Shown: positions 63,101-64,000 of the stretch, piece after piece
Layout: the number at the start of each line of letters is the position of its first letter
How positions within the stretch are numbered: the first letter of the stretch is position 1
Assembly: GCF_018350175.1 (NCBI RefSeq)
Contig: NC_058382.1
Span: 48,672,001 to 48,736,000 of the forward strand
DNA from: Felis catus
Taxonomy: Eukaryota
Reading direction: 5' to 3'
Length of the DNA: 64,000 nucleotides
Translations under genes and position numbers: made by a program
The notes under the pieces: model-generated
What the model saw: the letters and a program-made list of their open reading frames with translations, nothing else
Database searches by the model: none
What the model was told of the DNA's origin: nothing

Positions 63101-64000
63101 ATGGGCTTCTCCTTCCTTCCCCTTTCCTACTCTCAGTTCCCTGCCCCATGTTTCGCACACCTGAGCCCTTGCTAACTCAAGGGCCTACCTCACATCTCTG
63201 GGGACCTGGGTTTTCAGGTTTTGCTTCTTTTCTTCTCAGGGTGCTTGTTAACAGTAAGTCCTTGCTATTAGGGCAGACATCTCCGAGTGACGTTTCTGAA
63301 GGGGAGGGTCTGAACTTGTTATCTGGGGAGAGCAGGCTTTTCCTCCTGTTGTCCTGTGCTCACCAGGGATGCCTGTGTGTGTCCGTAACCAGCCATTCTA
63401 GAGGATTTCTTGGTGCTGATTTATAAATCATTATTGTAATTATAGCATATTGTCAGTGGAGCCTTCATGTTGCCATCGCAGATCTCCTCTAAGGCTCCAG
63501 GGCATAGGCTGGGCTTTGGGCCCCCCAACTTTCTAGCTGACAACTGGGGAAATTTTTTCTTACAGGAATAGGAAGGAGAGATCAGGGTCTTCTCTGGGGT
63601 GGGGGGCAGGAGGAGCTATACCAGAAGGTACTTTATCCCCACAGATTCTCAGAGAGAAGGTCATCTTTCTGGAGTGAAGAGGACTGTTCCCCTCAGCTCC
63701 AGCTGTTGGCATTCAAATATATGTGATATTTTGCAATCCATAAATGTAGTGCATAGTATCATGTACAATAAGGTGAACCAAGGACAAGGGAAATTTAGAG
63801 AAAAATATAATTATAATTTTGATATCAATGCCAAATTTTTATTTGTGTATAGCAGTGTTAAAACAAAACAAATAGTTTTGGAATCGAGTGTTAAAAGCAT
63901 TTTCAACTCAGCTTTTTCCTTCAAAGGGAATGTGACTCTGCAAGAGAGGAAGCCCAGGGAGGGAAAGCCATTTACAGGCTGCTGAGGTGGGAGGGGAGCC

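Overview
Mammalian genomic DNA from a felid: the abundant tRNA-derived carnivore SINEs include near-identical young cat-type copies. The window holds COG4 coding exons 2-19 on + (2180-26556; exon 1 lies upstream of the window) and the complete fucose kinase gene FCSK/FUK on - (CDS 42464-27960, 23 coding exons, 1079 aa, CpG-island promoter ~46.3-46.95 kb). The two genes converge with almost abutting poly(A) sites. A second CpG island (~57.5-58.9 kb) carries a non-coding first exon that by synteny is probably ST3GAL2. All COG4 and FCSK exons were mapped by hand with GT-AG boundaries and consistent phases. The most notable non-standard elements are: (1) a TSD-flanked, sense-oriented MRPS7 retrocopy in COG4 intron 5, preceded by a good splice acceptor that would fuse it in frame to COG4 exon 5 as an alternative last exon; (2) a full-length U6 snRNA/L1 3'-end chimeric retrocopy in FCSK intron 2; (3) a dense MEIS/PBX motif cluster in COG4 intron 12; (4) a strong-Kozak uORF ending at the putative ST3GAL2 exon-1 donor; (5) an FCSK stop five codons earlier than in human, with the remnant tail still readable. 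No prokaryote-type system (CRISPR, operon) is present. Homology calls rest on recalled sequences, not on searches.
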